Origin: a bacterium
GTDB lineage: Bacteria; Bacteroidota; Ignavibacteria; UBA10030
Assembly: GCA_007280275.1 (NCBI GenBank)
Contig: QYQB01000173.1
Coordinates: 1-49,849, forward strand
Reading direction: 5' to 3'
DNA: 49,849 bases
The notes under the pieces are model-generated. The model did not search any database and was not told the origin of the DNA. It saw only the letters and a program-made list of their open reading frames with translations. Made by a program: the position numbers and the translations under genes. Below, piece after piece: positions 1 through 7,451 of this stretch (position 1 is the stretch's first letter; each line of letters begins with the position of its first letter).

Positions 1-394
1 CAGATGTGTAACAGAAACTATAACTCTCGATTCGTCAGCCGCGTTAGAAGAGTATAAGAGACAGAAAGGCCCGATCAGCGTGGAGACAGTGGAAATCCCT
101 ACGGCGTTCCGGTTACACGACAACGATCCGACCCCGTTCAATCCCTTGACGAAGATCGAGTACGATGTACCCTTGAGGAGTCGCGTCCGGCTTGCGGTAT
201 ACGATATTCTGGGACAGCTCGTCCGCACACTCGTGAACTCCGATCATTCCAACGGCCGTTATTCCGTCGCATGGGATGGAACAAACGAGACAGGGCGCCA
301 GGTTGCCTCCGGCATGTATATCTATCGACTGGAAGCAGGGGATCGTTCCGGCAGTGCTACTGTCCTTTCAAAGAAGATGATGCTCGTGAAATAA
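1..394 (+). CDS. 3' end of a T9SS-secreted protein gene (type-A C-terminal sorting domain); 5' end lies outside the window
   Basis: The frame of the listed ORF 80..394 stays open back to base 2, so the GTG at 80 is probably internal. The tail ...TPFNPLTKIEYDVPLRSRVRLAVYDILGQLVRTLVN...GMYIYRLEAG...KKMMLVK has the same architecture as four other C-termini in this window. Confidence 0.75.
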   Translation, partial: RCVTETITLDSSAALEEYKRQKGPISVETVEIPTAFRLHDNDPTPFNPLTKIEYDVPLRSRVRLAVYDILGQLVRTLVNSDHSNGRYSVAWDGTNETGRQVASGMYIYRLEAGDRSGSATVLSKKMMLVK

Positions 395-639
395 GGATCC
401 TGAAGAGATCTTAGAGTGATGGAGAAGAAAAGGCCCCATTGATCCGGGTGTTCTCTGGTTTCCAAGATGTCTACCTATATTCATCTCTCCAACAAGATCG
501 AGAATATACCAATGGCAGAGATCACAAATGAGTATTGGCGTCTTACACTAAACGCTTGGGGAAATGAACTGTACAAATATTGTCGTAGCGGTACGGACGA
601 CGGGCGATTCTCGATACCTCTCCACGAAGGAGGGTAACA

Positions 640-3600
640 ATGTTTCGATCTCTGTTCCGATCCCTGTTTGTGGTCACACTCTGTTCATGGTCGGTTCTGG
701 CCCAGACAGTCTATTTCACCGATGCCGGATCAGACACAGTGAAGCTCGGGAATACATCTTTCTATGAAGTTGGTTTTCGAAAGAACAACGGTGGTATGGC
801 CTACATTATCGACAAATCCACTGGACGAAGCGTGACACTTGGTTCGAGGTACCAGGAGTTGTGGGGCGCGATGTTCCGCAACCCAAGTGCGATCTACAAA
901 GGAGCGGGGTCGTACAGTCCAAGCGGTCAAGATCGTTTTTCATACAATTGGAATGCGTCGACAGGAATTCTCACCATGCAGTACACGCCATCCGCAAGTG
1001 CGCAGCGGAAGTTTGCCGTCACCGTTGAGGTAATCGCTTCTGCGTCAAACTATTTCGACTTGCGGGCGAAATTCGTGAATGGTTGGGGAGACACAATCAG
1101 TACGTTCAACTTCCCCCAACATTTGGTTCTAAAGAAGTCAGATATCAATGAAGGGCTTATCTCAGCGCTCCCCGGCGTTATTTTGAAATCTTCCTTCTTC
1201 ACACAATCGCGATCCTACTATTGGAATTATCCCGGACTGGTAGGTTACTTCTCGGATTTTGTATCTTTCAGCCTTCAGTCCGGGCGTTTTGCGATGTATG
1301 CTGTCTACGATACGGCTGCGACTCCCTACGTCAACTATTCTCTATGGCCCGATGACCAATTTGCGCCCGGAAGCACTATTCTTGGTCACGATTACGTTAT
1401 GTACCTGTCATCCGGTAAGAGTTGGACAACACCTCGAACTCGAATACGAGTCGGTGCAGATCACCCCTCGGCTATTGGTGCACTTAGAATCGATAGTGGC
1501 ATTGACCAACTCGCGTCGATCCAGGACAAGTACGGCTCGTATTACGATCGAGTAATCAAGGCCCCTTTGATAAAGTGCGGTTTCTTGCAGCTTCAAACGA
1601 ACAAGCGAAGCAAATTTGCTGATTTTGATACTCTCATTGCTACACTACCGGTTCCCTCTATACTTCATCCTGTCGGTTTTGAGGTAAACGGTTTTGCACG
1701 ATCCTATCCGGATGTTTTGCCACCGGATACCTCCCTCGGGACCACGGCAGAATATCAAACTTTCTATCGAAGGACCCAAAGTCGTGGCATAATGATCATG
1801 CCGTATACCGAGGTTCTCTGGTGGACCGACAAGTCGCCGACCATACTCAACTTGTCCAGCAGTGGGCTGAGCGTCAAGGATATCGCGGCTATAACAGAGA
1901 ACCTTCAACCTCGGTACGATGGATTTATGAACGGAACCACATGGCTTGCGGGGTATGTTGTTTCGCCGCGTCATCCTTTTGTGCGGGACCGTTTAAGTCG
2001 ATTGGTCACTCAATTGACATCTGATCTACCTAGCGATATTCTTTTCCAGGATGAGATAGGTGCCAGACCTGGCGTGATTGATCTCAACCCAACTTCTCCA
2101 ACGCCTTTTTCGTTTATCGACGGCTGGATTGAGCACTGCCAACTCTATAAGCAAAAGCGGCTAGCGACTGAGAGGGGATTTGATCGATTGATCGACACCC
2201 ATGTTTCCTTTCATGGCAGCGCCCGATTGGACGAACTACACAATCAGACTGATTCCTACTGGGGGAAGGGGAATTGGGACTACTATCCGCTTGTGCCGAT
2301 GCTTGCAGGTGATAAGGTATTGCTCTATCAACATGATCTTTCTTCGACCGAGGCCCTTACCAGCAAAGACAATTTGCGATGGGATCTCACATTCGGTTTC
2401 ATGCATACCTACGATCTAGCCGACGGTCGTTTCCGTAATCCCGAGTGGCTGAATGTTGCAGGAGATTTTCAATCTCATGTTGCCAACCGCTATGCGGGCA
2501 AACGAATGAAGCAATACACAACAATACAAACCCGGCTCACTCGAAGTGTGTTTGAGGGCATCAGTGTTACCTCCAATTGGGATACGACGGCTTCTGTGAC
2601 TCTGGATGCTCATACATTGCCGCCCGGAGGTGTTCTGGCGCAAGCAGATGATGGAAGCCTGACAGCGGGGATATTTTCGGTCTACAATAGTCAGGCGCTC
2701 ACTCCAAGCCCTCCATACGATCACTATATCATTGTCGAACGCTCTGCCCGGGGAGATAGCCTGAACGTGATTCACTGGTTGGGAGGGGATACTCCACTGC
2801 ACCTGGAGAGGCCAACATTCTGGCCAGCCTCTGCGGTGGTTCGAGTCTTTGCAGTTGCGAAGGCTGCCATCATCGAAGTCTCAAAGACAATTACTACGAG
2901 CGCCATCGATTTCACTCTTGCCAAATCTGTGCAGGGACAGGTAGTGCTTCGATATGTCGTAACCTCTACTGCAGTTGCCGCAAGTGTGCCAACGCTGACC
3001 TCGCCGCCCGACAGCTCGACGAATGTGCCATCGAGCACCACGTTGACCTGGGGATCAGCGATTGGAGCCGTTTCGTATCACCTGCAGTTGTCGACAACAT
3101 CGGCCTTTACATCCACCATCGTGAACGACTCCTCCCTTGCTGCGACATCAAAAGCCGTGGGTTCGCTCTCTCTCTCGACGACGTACTATTGGCGAGTCAG
3201 GGCGAAAAACAGCAATGGCACAAGTGCTTGGTCCACAGTAAGGAGTTTCACAACGATTGTCGCGGCTCCTCAAAGTCCCATTCTTGCTTCACCGCCAGAC
3301 GGGGGAATAAACCAACCGTTAAGTATCACACTGAGTTGGAATCCGTCGGCAGGCGCCACCTCGTATCACATACAACTGTCGGCATCATCGAGCTTTGCGT
3401 CCATGATCGTGAACGATTCAACACTTCAGACTACTTCAAGAACGGTTGGGGCGCTATCACTTGCGACAACGTGCTACTGGCGTGTAAGAGCGAAGAACAG
3501 TGGAGGCTACAGCACGTTTTCACCCACAAGACAATTCAGCACGATCCGCACGACGTCGGTGGAACAAGTAAGCGGCGAGATTCCAAAAGACTATGGCCTG

Positions 3601-3846
3601 GGCCAGAACTATCCCAATCCATTCAATCCCGCGACTACGATCCGTTTTGCGCTGCCAAAAGCATGTCAAGTAACACTGAAAGTCTTTGACCTCCTGGGGA
3701 GAGAAATAGCGTTACTGGTGAGTGAGAACAAAGCAGCCGGGTATTATCAGGTCCGATGGAATGCCAATGTCCCCAGCGGCATCTATTTCTATCGCCTTGA
3801 GGCCGGCGAGTTCACAGAGTCGAAGAAGCTTATGTTGGTGAAATAA
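640..3846 (+). CDS. Large T9SS-secreted protein: signal peptide, ~780-aa unassigned N-terminal region, two Fn3-like modules, T9SS C-terminal domain
   Basis: ATG 640 is preceded by AAGGAGGG. Signal peptide MFRSLFRSLFVVTLCSWSVLAQ. Two 88-aa modules end in YYWRVRAKNSNG / CYWRVRAKNSGG. The C-terminus reads QNYPNPFNPATTIRF...GIYFYRLEAGEFTESKKLMLVK. Confidence 0.9.
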   Translation: MFRSLFRSLFVVTLCSWSVLAQTVYFTDAGSDTVKLGNTSFYEVGFRKNNGGMAYIIDKSTGRSVTLGSRYQELWGAMFRNPSAIYKGAGSYSPSGQDRFSYNWNASTGILTMQYTPSASAQRKFAVTVEVIASASNYFDLRAKFVNGWGDTISTFNFPQHLVLKKSDINEGLISALPGVILKSSFFTQSRSYYWNYPGLVGYFSDFVSFSLQSGRFAMYAVYDTAATPYVNYSLWPDDQFAPGSTILGHDYVMYLSSGKSWTTPRTRIRVGADHPSAIGALRIDSGIDQLASIQDKYGSYYDRVIKAPLIKCGFLQLQTNKRSKFADFDTLIATLPVPSILHPVGFEVNGFARSYPDVLPPDTSLGTTAEYQTFYRRTQSRGIMIMPYTEVLWWTDKSPTILNLSSSGLSVKDIAAITENLQPRYDGFMNGTTWLAGYVVSPRHPFVRDRLSRLVTQLTSDLPSDILFQDEIGARPGVIDLNPTSPTPFSFIDGWIEHCQLYKQKRLATERGFDRLIDTHVSFHGSARLDELHNQTDSYWGKGNWDYYPLVPMLAGDKVLLYQHDLSSTEALTSKDNLRWDLTFGFMHTYDLADGRFRNPEWLNVAGDFQSHVANRYAGKRMKQYTTIQTRLTRSVFEGISVTSNWDTTASVTLDAHTLPPGGVLAQADDGSLTAGIFSVYNSQALTPSPPYDHYIIVERSARGDSLNVIHWLGGDTPLHLERPTFWPASAVVRVFAVAKAAIIEVSKTITTSAIDFTLAKSVQGQVVLRYVVTSTAVAASVPTLTSPPDSSTNVPSSTTLTWGSAIGAVSYHLQLSTTSAFTSTIVNDSSLAATSKAVGSLSLSTTYYWRVRAKNSNGTSAWSTVRSFTTIVAAPQSPILASPPDGGINQPLSITLSWNPSAGATSYHIQLSASSSFASMIVNDSTLQTTSRTVGALSLATTCYWRVRAKNSGGYSTFSPTRQFSTIRTTSVEQVSGEIPKDYGLGQNYPNPFNPATTIRFALPKACQVTLKVFDLLGREIALLVSENKAAGYYQVRWNANVPSGIYFYRLEAGEFTESKKLMLVK
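2995..3546 (+). repeat. Tandem pair of 88-codon Fn3-like modules inside CDS 640..3846 (2995..3258 and 3283..3546)
   Basis: LTSPPDSSTNVPSSTTLTWGSAIGAVSYHLQLSTTSAFTSTIVNDSSLAATSKAVGSLSLSTTYYWRVRAKNSNGTSAWSTVRSFTTI aligns without gaps to LASPPDGGINQPLSITLSWNPSAGATSYHIQLSASSSFASMIVNDSTLQTTSRTVGALSLATTCYWRVRAKNSGGYSTFSPTRQFSTI. Confidence 0.85.
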
Positions 3847-3927
3847 GATTGATGGCAAAAGAAGTCCGTATTCTCCAGAGGGTTCTGACCAAGAAGACGG
3901 GCTTCTCCATTTTTGGAGGATGACCCG

Positions 3928-5616
3928 ATGAAAACGCTCTCCCGCCTATTCGTTTTTCTTCTTTTGCTCCATCAGTCGTTCGCACAGGTGACCGTTTTGG
4001 TCAATGATTTTCCGGTGAGCGACGCCGCAAATACCAGCGTCTATCGGCCGGCAGTCGCATCCGCTCCGAACGGATCGTATGCAGTGACCTGGGGTGATGA
4101 GCGTTTTGGCAATACGAATCGGGCAAGCGGAGCAGGAAATATCTTTGGCCGCATCGTCGGTTCGAATGGTGTTCCGATGACCGCCAATTTCAGAGTTGAT
4201 GATGTTGTGGCAAACACGTACTACACTGACTATTGGGTTTTCTTCAGCTCGCCATTGTTCCTTCCCTCCGGACAACTTGTTGTCGTCTGGCACGTCAACG
4301 GTGTCAGCGGACCCACCGGGATCCAGTCCAACGATGTCTATTATACTGCATTCAACGGAACAACCGGAGCTCGTATTGGAGCCGGCGTTCAATTGAACAA
4401 GGTTGGGACGTCGACTGGCGGCCACGCAGGCAGGCCGAATGTTTCCTATCGTCCCCCCTCCACTTTTCTCGCCGTGTACGAATACTCCAAAAATGGCAAC
4501 AATATCGGCGGAACGCTTGTCGACATCAACAGTGGCGCATTGCTTGGAGACGCATTCGAGATGAGTGATAACGCGTTCAACAACCGGATCTACCCGCACG
4601 TTGCGAGTAACGGCAGCTACACGGTTTGCGTCTGGACTGACGCGCGGACAGACACGCAGGGGGACATCTACTCTGAACGAATCGTAGGTAACAATCTCGC
4701 AAGCACAAACGTGAAGGTGAACGACGACCCCACCGGCGGGTATAACCAGTACGCCCGCGTTGCGATGGACACTCAGGGGAACTACGTCGTGGTGTGGATT
4801 GACGCACGCACCAATTCAGGTGGCGACCTTTATGCGCAGCGTTTCGACCCTCAGGGAAACAAGATTGGAGCGAATTTCAAGTTGACGAAGAGCAACTCCA
4901 GGCTCCACGAGTATCCTCCCGGCATCTCGATGAAAGGCGATGGGTCATTCGTCGTCACGTGGGCGGATTCCATCAAGCAAGCGGGGAAAAACTGGGGCAT
5001 CAAGACGCGGTTCTTCGGATCCGCCGGCCAACCGCTCTCAGACGTCATCGAGGTCACGACCGCGCCTTCTCTGCAGCCGGATGTGAAAATTGGTCCGACG
5101 GGCGCAGTGTATTACGTCTGGATCGATGGTCGAGAAAATATTAACACCGGCCGGATATACTCCAAGATCTACTCAGGATTTCCTACAACGGGCATTGAAG
5201 ATCGGGGGCTGCCATCGACGTTCAGGCTTGATCAGAATTATCCGAACCCGTTTTCCGCCGGAGGCGGATCCGCCTTTGGCGGAAATCCGTCAACAGCTAT
5301 CAGCTTTCACTTGCCCGCCCCGACCGGGTCGGGCCCCGCCGACCTGTCCGCCGGAGCACGAAGTGCGCAGGTGGAAGCTTCAGCGAAGGCTGGGCTTCCT
5401 GCCCCGAGCGCAGTCGAGGGGTCAGCGGTCAGCCACGTGACGCTCAAGGTCTATGACGTCCTGGGCAGGGAAGTTGAAACGCTTGTCAACGAAGTGGCCG
5501 GGCCCGGTATCCACACGGTTCGTTGGAATGCGGCTGGATCTCCGAGCGGTGTCTACCTGTATCAGCTTCGGGCAGGCAGCTTCGTTGAGACGCGAAAAAT
5601 GGTGCTCACGAAATAG
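3928..5616 (+). CDS. T9SS-secreted repeat (beta-propeller-like) protein whose C-terminal sorting domain carries two in-frame inserts
   Basis: GGAGGA lies 7 nt upstream of ATG 3928, so the listed TTG 3913 is less likely. Signal peptide MKTLSRLFVFLLLLHQSFAQ. Recurring units include YAVTWGDERFG, YTVCVWTDARTDTQGDIYSERI, YVVVWIDARTNSGGDLYAQRFDPQGNKIGANF, FVVTWADS and VYYVWIDGRENINTGRIYSK. The CTD reads QNYPNPF[insert]NPSTAISFHLP[insert]HVTLKVYDVLGREVETLVN...GVYLYQLRAGSFVETRKMVLTK. Confidence 0.9.
   Translation: MKTLSRLFVFLLLLHQSFAQVTVLVNDFPVSDAANTSVYRPAVASAPNGSYAVTWGDERFGNTNRASGAGNIFGRIVGSNGVPMTANFRVDDVVANTYYTDYWVFFSSPLFLPSGQLVVVWHVNGVSGPTGIQSNDVYYTAFNGTTGARIGAGVQLNKVGTSTGGHAGRPNVSYRPPSTFLAVYEYSKNGNNIGGTLVDINSGALLGDAFEMSDNAFNNRIYPHVASNGSYTVCVWTDARTDTQGDIYSERIVGNNLASTNVKVNDDPTGGYNQYARVAMDTQGNYVVVWIDARTNSGGDLYAQRFDPQGNKIGANFKLTKSNSRLHEYPPGISMKGDGSFVVTWADSIKQAGKNWGIKTRFFGSAGQPLSDVIEVTTAPSLQPDVKIGPTGAVYYVWIDGRENINTGRIYSKIYSGFPTTGIEDRGLPSTFRLDQNYPNPFSAGGGSAFGGNPSTAISFHLPAPTGSGPADLSAGARSAQVEASAKAGLPAPSAVEGSAVSHVTLKVYDVLGREVETLVNEVAGPGIHTVRWNAAGSPSGVYLYQLRAGSFVETRKMVLTK
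5254..5433 (+). repeat. GC-rich palindromic (REP-like) DNA lying in frame inside the T9SS CTD (inserts 5254..5283 and 5317..5433)
   Basis: The DNA contains ggcggatccgcc (a perfect palindrome), ccgaccgggtcgg, and gcacgaag / gagcgcagtcgagggg motifs. The same motifs occur in intergenic hairpins at 6836-7017. Translation is low-complexity: SAGGGSAFGG and APTGSGPADLSAGARSAQVEASAKAGLPAPSAVEGSAVS. The other four CTDs lack both segments. Confidence 0.7.
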
Positions 5617-5630
5617 ATAGTAGAGAATAG

Positions 5631-6188
5631 TTAGATGCCGAGCCCGAGCCGAAACTCGACGCGGCTTGCATCCTTCGCAAAACCGGCGTAGGAGTGATAG
5701 CCGATACCGGCAATGAAGGGGGAGATACTGAAAGTGACGCCTACGCTTTTGTAGTCCGTGGTTTCGCCATCCAGGCCATAATATGGCACCTTTGTCCCGC
5801 CCGTCAATATCATGAAGTGTTCCATTTTGGACTTGCCGGCACCGAAATACACGCCCATGTCATCGGAGACCAGGGAGAATTCAAGCCCGGTATCCTGCAT
5901 GTTTAACGCAACGCTTTCCGTAAAGCTATGCGCCTTTTTGGAATAATCTGCCGTCCACGAATTGTATGAAAAATGTGGACCCACTGCGAAGGTCATACTG
6001 CTGTCGAAGCTAAGTGCGAAGCCGAGCATTCCGCCGACCCCCATGCCGATTTTCGGATCCGTGCCATCGCCCACTTTCGACCAACTCTGCAGAGCGACAT
6101 AGAGATTGCCGGAAAAACCAAAGTCCTGACTTAGAGAACACGTGACGACACTGAAAAAGAGAATGATGATGCTAACGGACCGTTTCAT
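5631..6188 (-). CDS. Small outer-membrane beta-barrel protein (OmpW/OmpA-barrel-like)
   Basis: Signal peptide MKRSVSIIILFFSVVTCSLSQ. The sequence shows alternating hydrophobic beta-strand patterning, is rich in Gly and aromatics, and ends in RVEFRLGLGI. GGAGG lies upstream of the ATG. Confidence 0.75.
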   Translation of the reverse strand: MKRSVSIIILFFSVVTCSLSQDFGFSGNLYVALQSWSKVGDGTDPKIGMGVGGMLGFALSFDSSMTFAVGPHFSYNSWTADYSKKAHSFTESVALNMQDTGLEFSLVSDDMGVYFGAGKSKMEHFMILTGGTKVPYYGLDGETTDYKSVGVTFSISPFIAGIGYHSYAGFAKDASRVEFRLGLGI

Positions 6189-6402
6189 GCTTCCTCCCTG
6201 ATGAACAAATTCCCCTGAGGGTGATCGGTGATGGTGCTGGTGAGCTATTGCTGCTATTCGGTGCGTTCGAAGTATTTTCGGATGAATTACAGATGATCTT
6301 TCAACCAGCCCCCTGTTGTGGTGCCAATGTGAAGTTGGTTGTTCCTTGGTCAGGCATTGGCAACGTGAAACTTACACGACAAAACCTCCTTCATCCCATC
6401 GC

Positions 6403-6540
6403 TCCGCCAAGCGGACCCGCCTCCTCCGCCAAACCGCCACAAAGAAGGCGGTCAGGAAAGCCGGCGGACGCAAGAAACGCGAAAACGGCGGGTGCAACAA
6501 TCTCAAACGCGCGGGGGATGCCCGCCAAAACAAATGCGGG
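6403..6540. repeat. Cluster of REP-like CCGCC...GGCGG hairpins in a non-coding region
   Basis: Elements seen: ccgccacaaagaaggcgg, gccggcgg...aacggcggg and gcgggggatgcccgcc. The same stem type recurs at 5254-5283, 6842-6857, 6995-7017, 11786-11801, 11868-11890 and 11900-11945. Confidence 0.7.
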
Positions 6541-6568
6541 CAAGCAAACAACGCAGAATCCAGAGGTT

Positions 6569-6790
6569 TCTCCATCACAGCCAACAGCATCGTCCATCCG
6601 AAAGCAGAAATACCTGAAATCAAATTACAGGTAATCAGTGCCATTGTCAACTCAACATCAGCTGAACATGCAAGTGCCGATGTTCCAGTTGTTTTTCCGC
6701 TGATATAGATTTATCTTCATATCAAAGCGACGCAGTTGTTGAAAACTCGAGTTGAAAAAATTGTTCAACCATGAACTGTTTTCTTAACCA
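6569..6790 (+). repeat. Left copy of a diverged ~220-bp duplication of the tRNA-Arg upstream region (partner 11426..11650)
   Basis: Three shared blocks keep a nearly constant offset (4857-4860 bp). They are tctccatcacagccaacag (6569/11426), ccattgtcaactc (6641/11501) and ttgtttttcc-NNN-gatatag-N-tttatctt (6689/11549). A 24-nt hairpin follows: ctcgNgttga...tgttcaac. Confidence 0.75.
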
Positions 6791-6801
6791 TCATAGCATT
6801 C

Positions 6802-7049
6802 GAGTGGCTGTGATTTTGAGCGTCCTGATCCCCTGAGCGAGCCCCGCCTCAGCGGGGTAAACTCCGCGAGTCGAAGGATCGATCGGGATCTGCACGATTG
6901 CATCGCTGTTTTGTAAATGCACCCATAGCTCAATCGCCAAAATCACCCACGACGCCGAGCGAAATCGAGGCGGAGTGGCTATGATTTTGAGCGTCCCGCC
7001 GAACGAAGTGAGGCGGGATCTGCACCAACGATAAGATAGTTTCTTCATC
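6802..7049 (+). repeat. Two tandem related units (6802..6934 and 6973..7088), each running gagtggctRtgattttgagcgtcc - REP hairpin - gggatctgcac - 23/24-nt spacer - tRNA-Arg 5' fragment
   Basis: Unit 1 ends in gcacccatagctcaat (6919..6934), the first 16 nt of the tRNA. Unit 2 ends in the 39-nt tRNA 5' half at 7050..7088. Confidence 0.7.
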
Positions 7050-7088
7050 GCACCCATAGCTCAATTGGATAGAGCATCAGACTTCGGA
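7050..7088 (+). repeat. attL-like direct repeat: truncated tRNA-Arg (positions 1 through the anticodon loop), identical to 11691..11729
   Basis: gcacccatagctcaattggatagagcatcagacttcgga is identical in both places. The left copy then diverges (gtacaagg...) and has no 3' half. Confidence 0.85.
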
Positions 7089-7229
7089 GTACAAGGGGTA
7101 TCGTTCATCCACTCTGAACGCACAAGATGCCGTCTCTCGTGTCGAAGTTTTTGTTGAAGACGCTGTAAGAGTTTGCCGATTTCATATCGACGCTCAGCCC
7201 CCTCTCTCACTCATCACAGTTTTGCCGAT

Positions 7230-7385
7230 TCAACATTCCAGCTCCAACGATTTCAGCTTTCTGCCGCTCTCCGACTGATTTCCACGATGTTTTTTCAACA
7301 CAGCTTCCAGATATTTTTCCAGCCCTTCTAAGCTCAAGCCACCTGTCAGCTTACCCAAGTCACTGCATCGTTGAAGATTTGACAC
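7230..7385 (-). CDS. Possible small ORF (51 aa, GTG start) resembling a truncated Fis-type HTH; may be a remnant
   Basis: My own translation is VSNLQRCSDLGKLTGGLSLEGLEKYLEAVLKKHRGNQSESGRKLKSLELEC. The segment LE.LEK.L..VLKKHRGNQSE resembles the start of NtrC/Fis C-terminal HTH domains, but the recognition helix is missing. There is no clear SD. Confidence 0.2.
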   Translation of the reverse strand: MSNLQRCSDLGKLTGGLSLEGLEKYLEAVLKKHRGNQSESGRKLKSLELEC

Positions 7386-7451
7386 CTCGCGCGCATCCAG
7401 TTACCATGCGACCGTCAAATCCAACTCACAAGTGACTCAGGGGTATCGACA

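Noticed and set aside
3189-3689. 166-aa plus-strand ORF within CDS 640..3846
   Set aside because: It is an alternative frame across the Fn3-like repeats and CTD of a well-supported gene.
6221-6708. Overlapping ORFs of 137, 130, 92 and 68 aa in the 6.2-6.7 kb intergenic region
   Set aside because: They are translations of REP-like CCGCC/GGCGG hairpins (e.g. ...PPQRRRSGKPADARNAKTAG...). All four overlap each other on both strands, and none has an SD.
6403-7025. A CRISPR array, given the many short repeated palindromes here and at 11786-11945
   Set aside because: The repeats are short and variable in sequence, irregularly spaced and mostly self-complementary. There are no uniform 25-40-nt repeats separated by unique spacers, and no cas genes are present.
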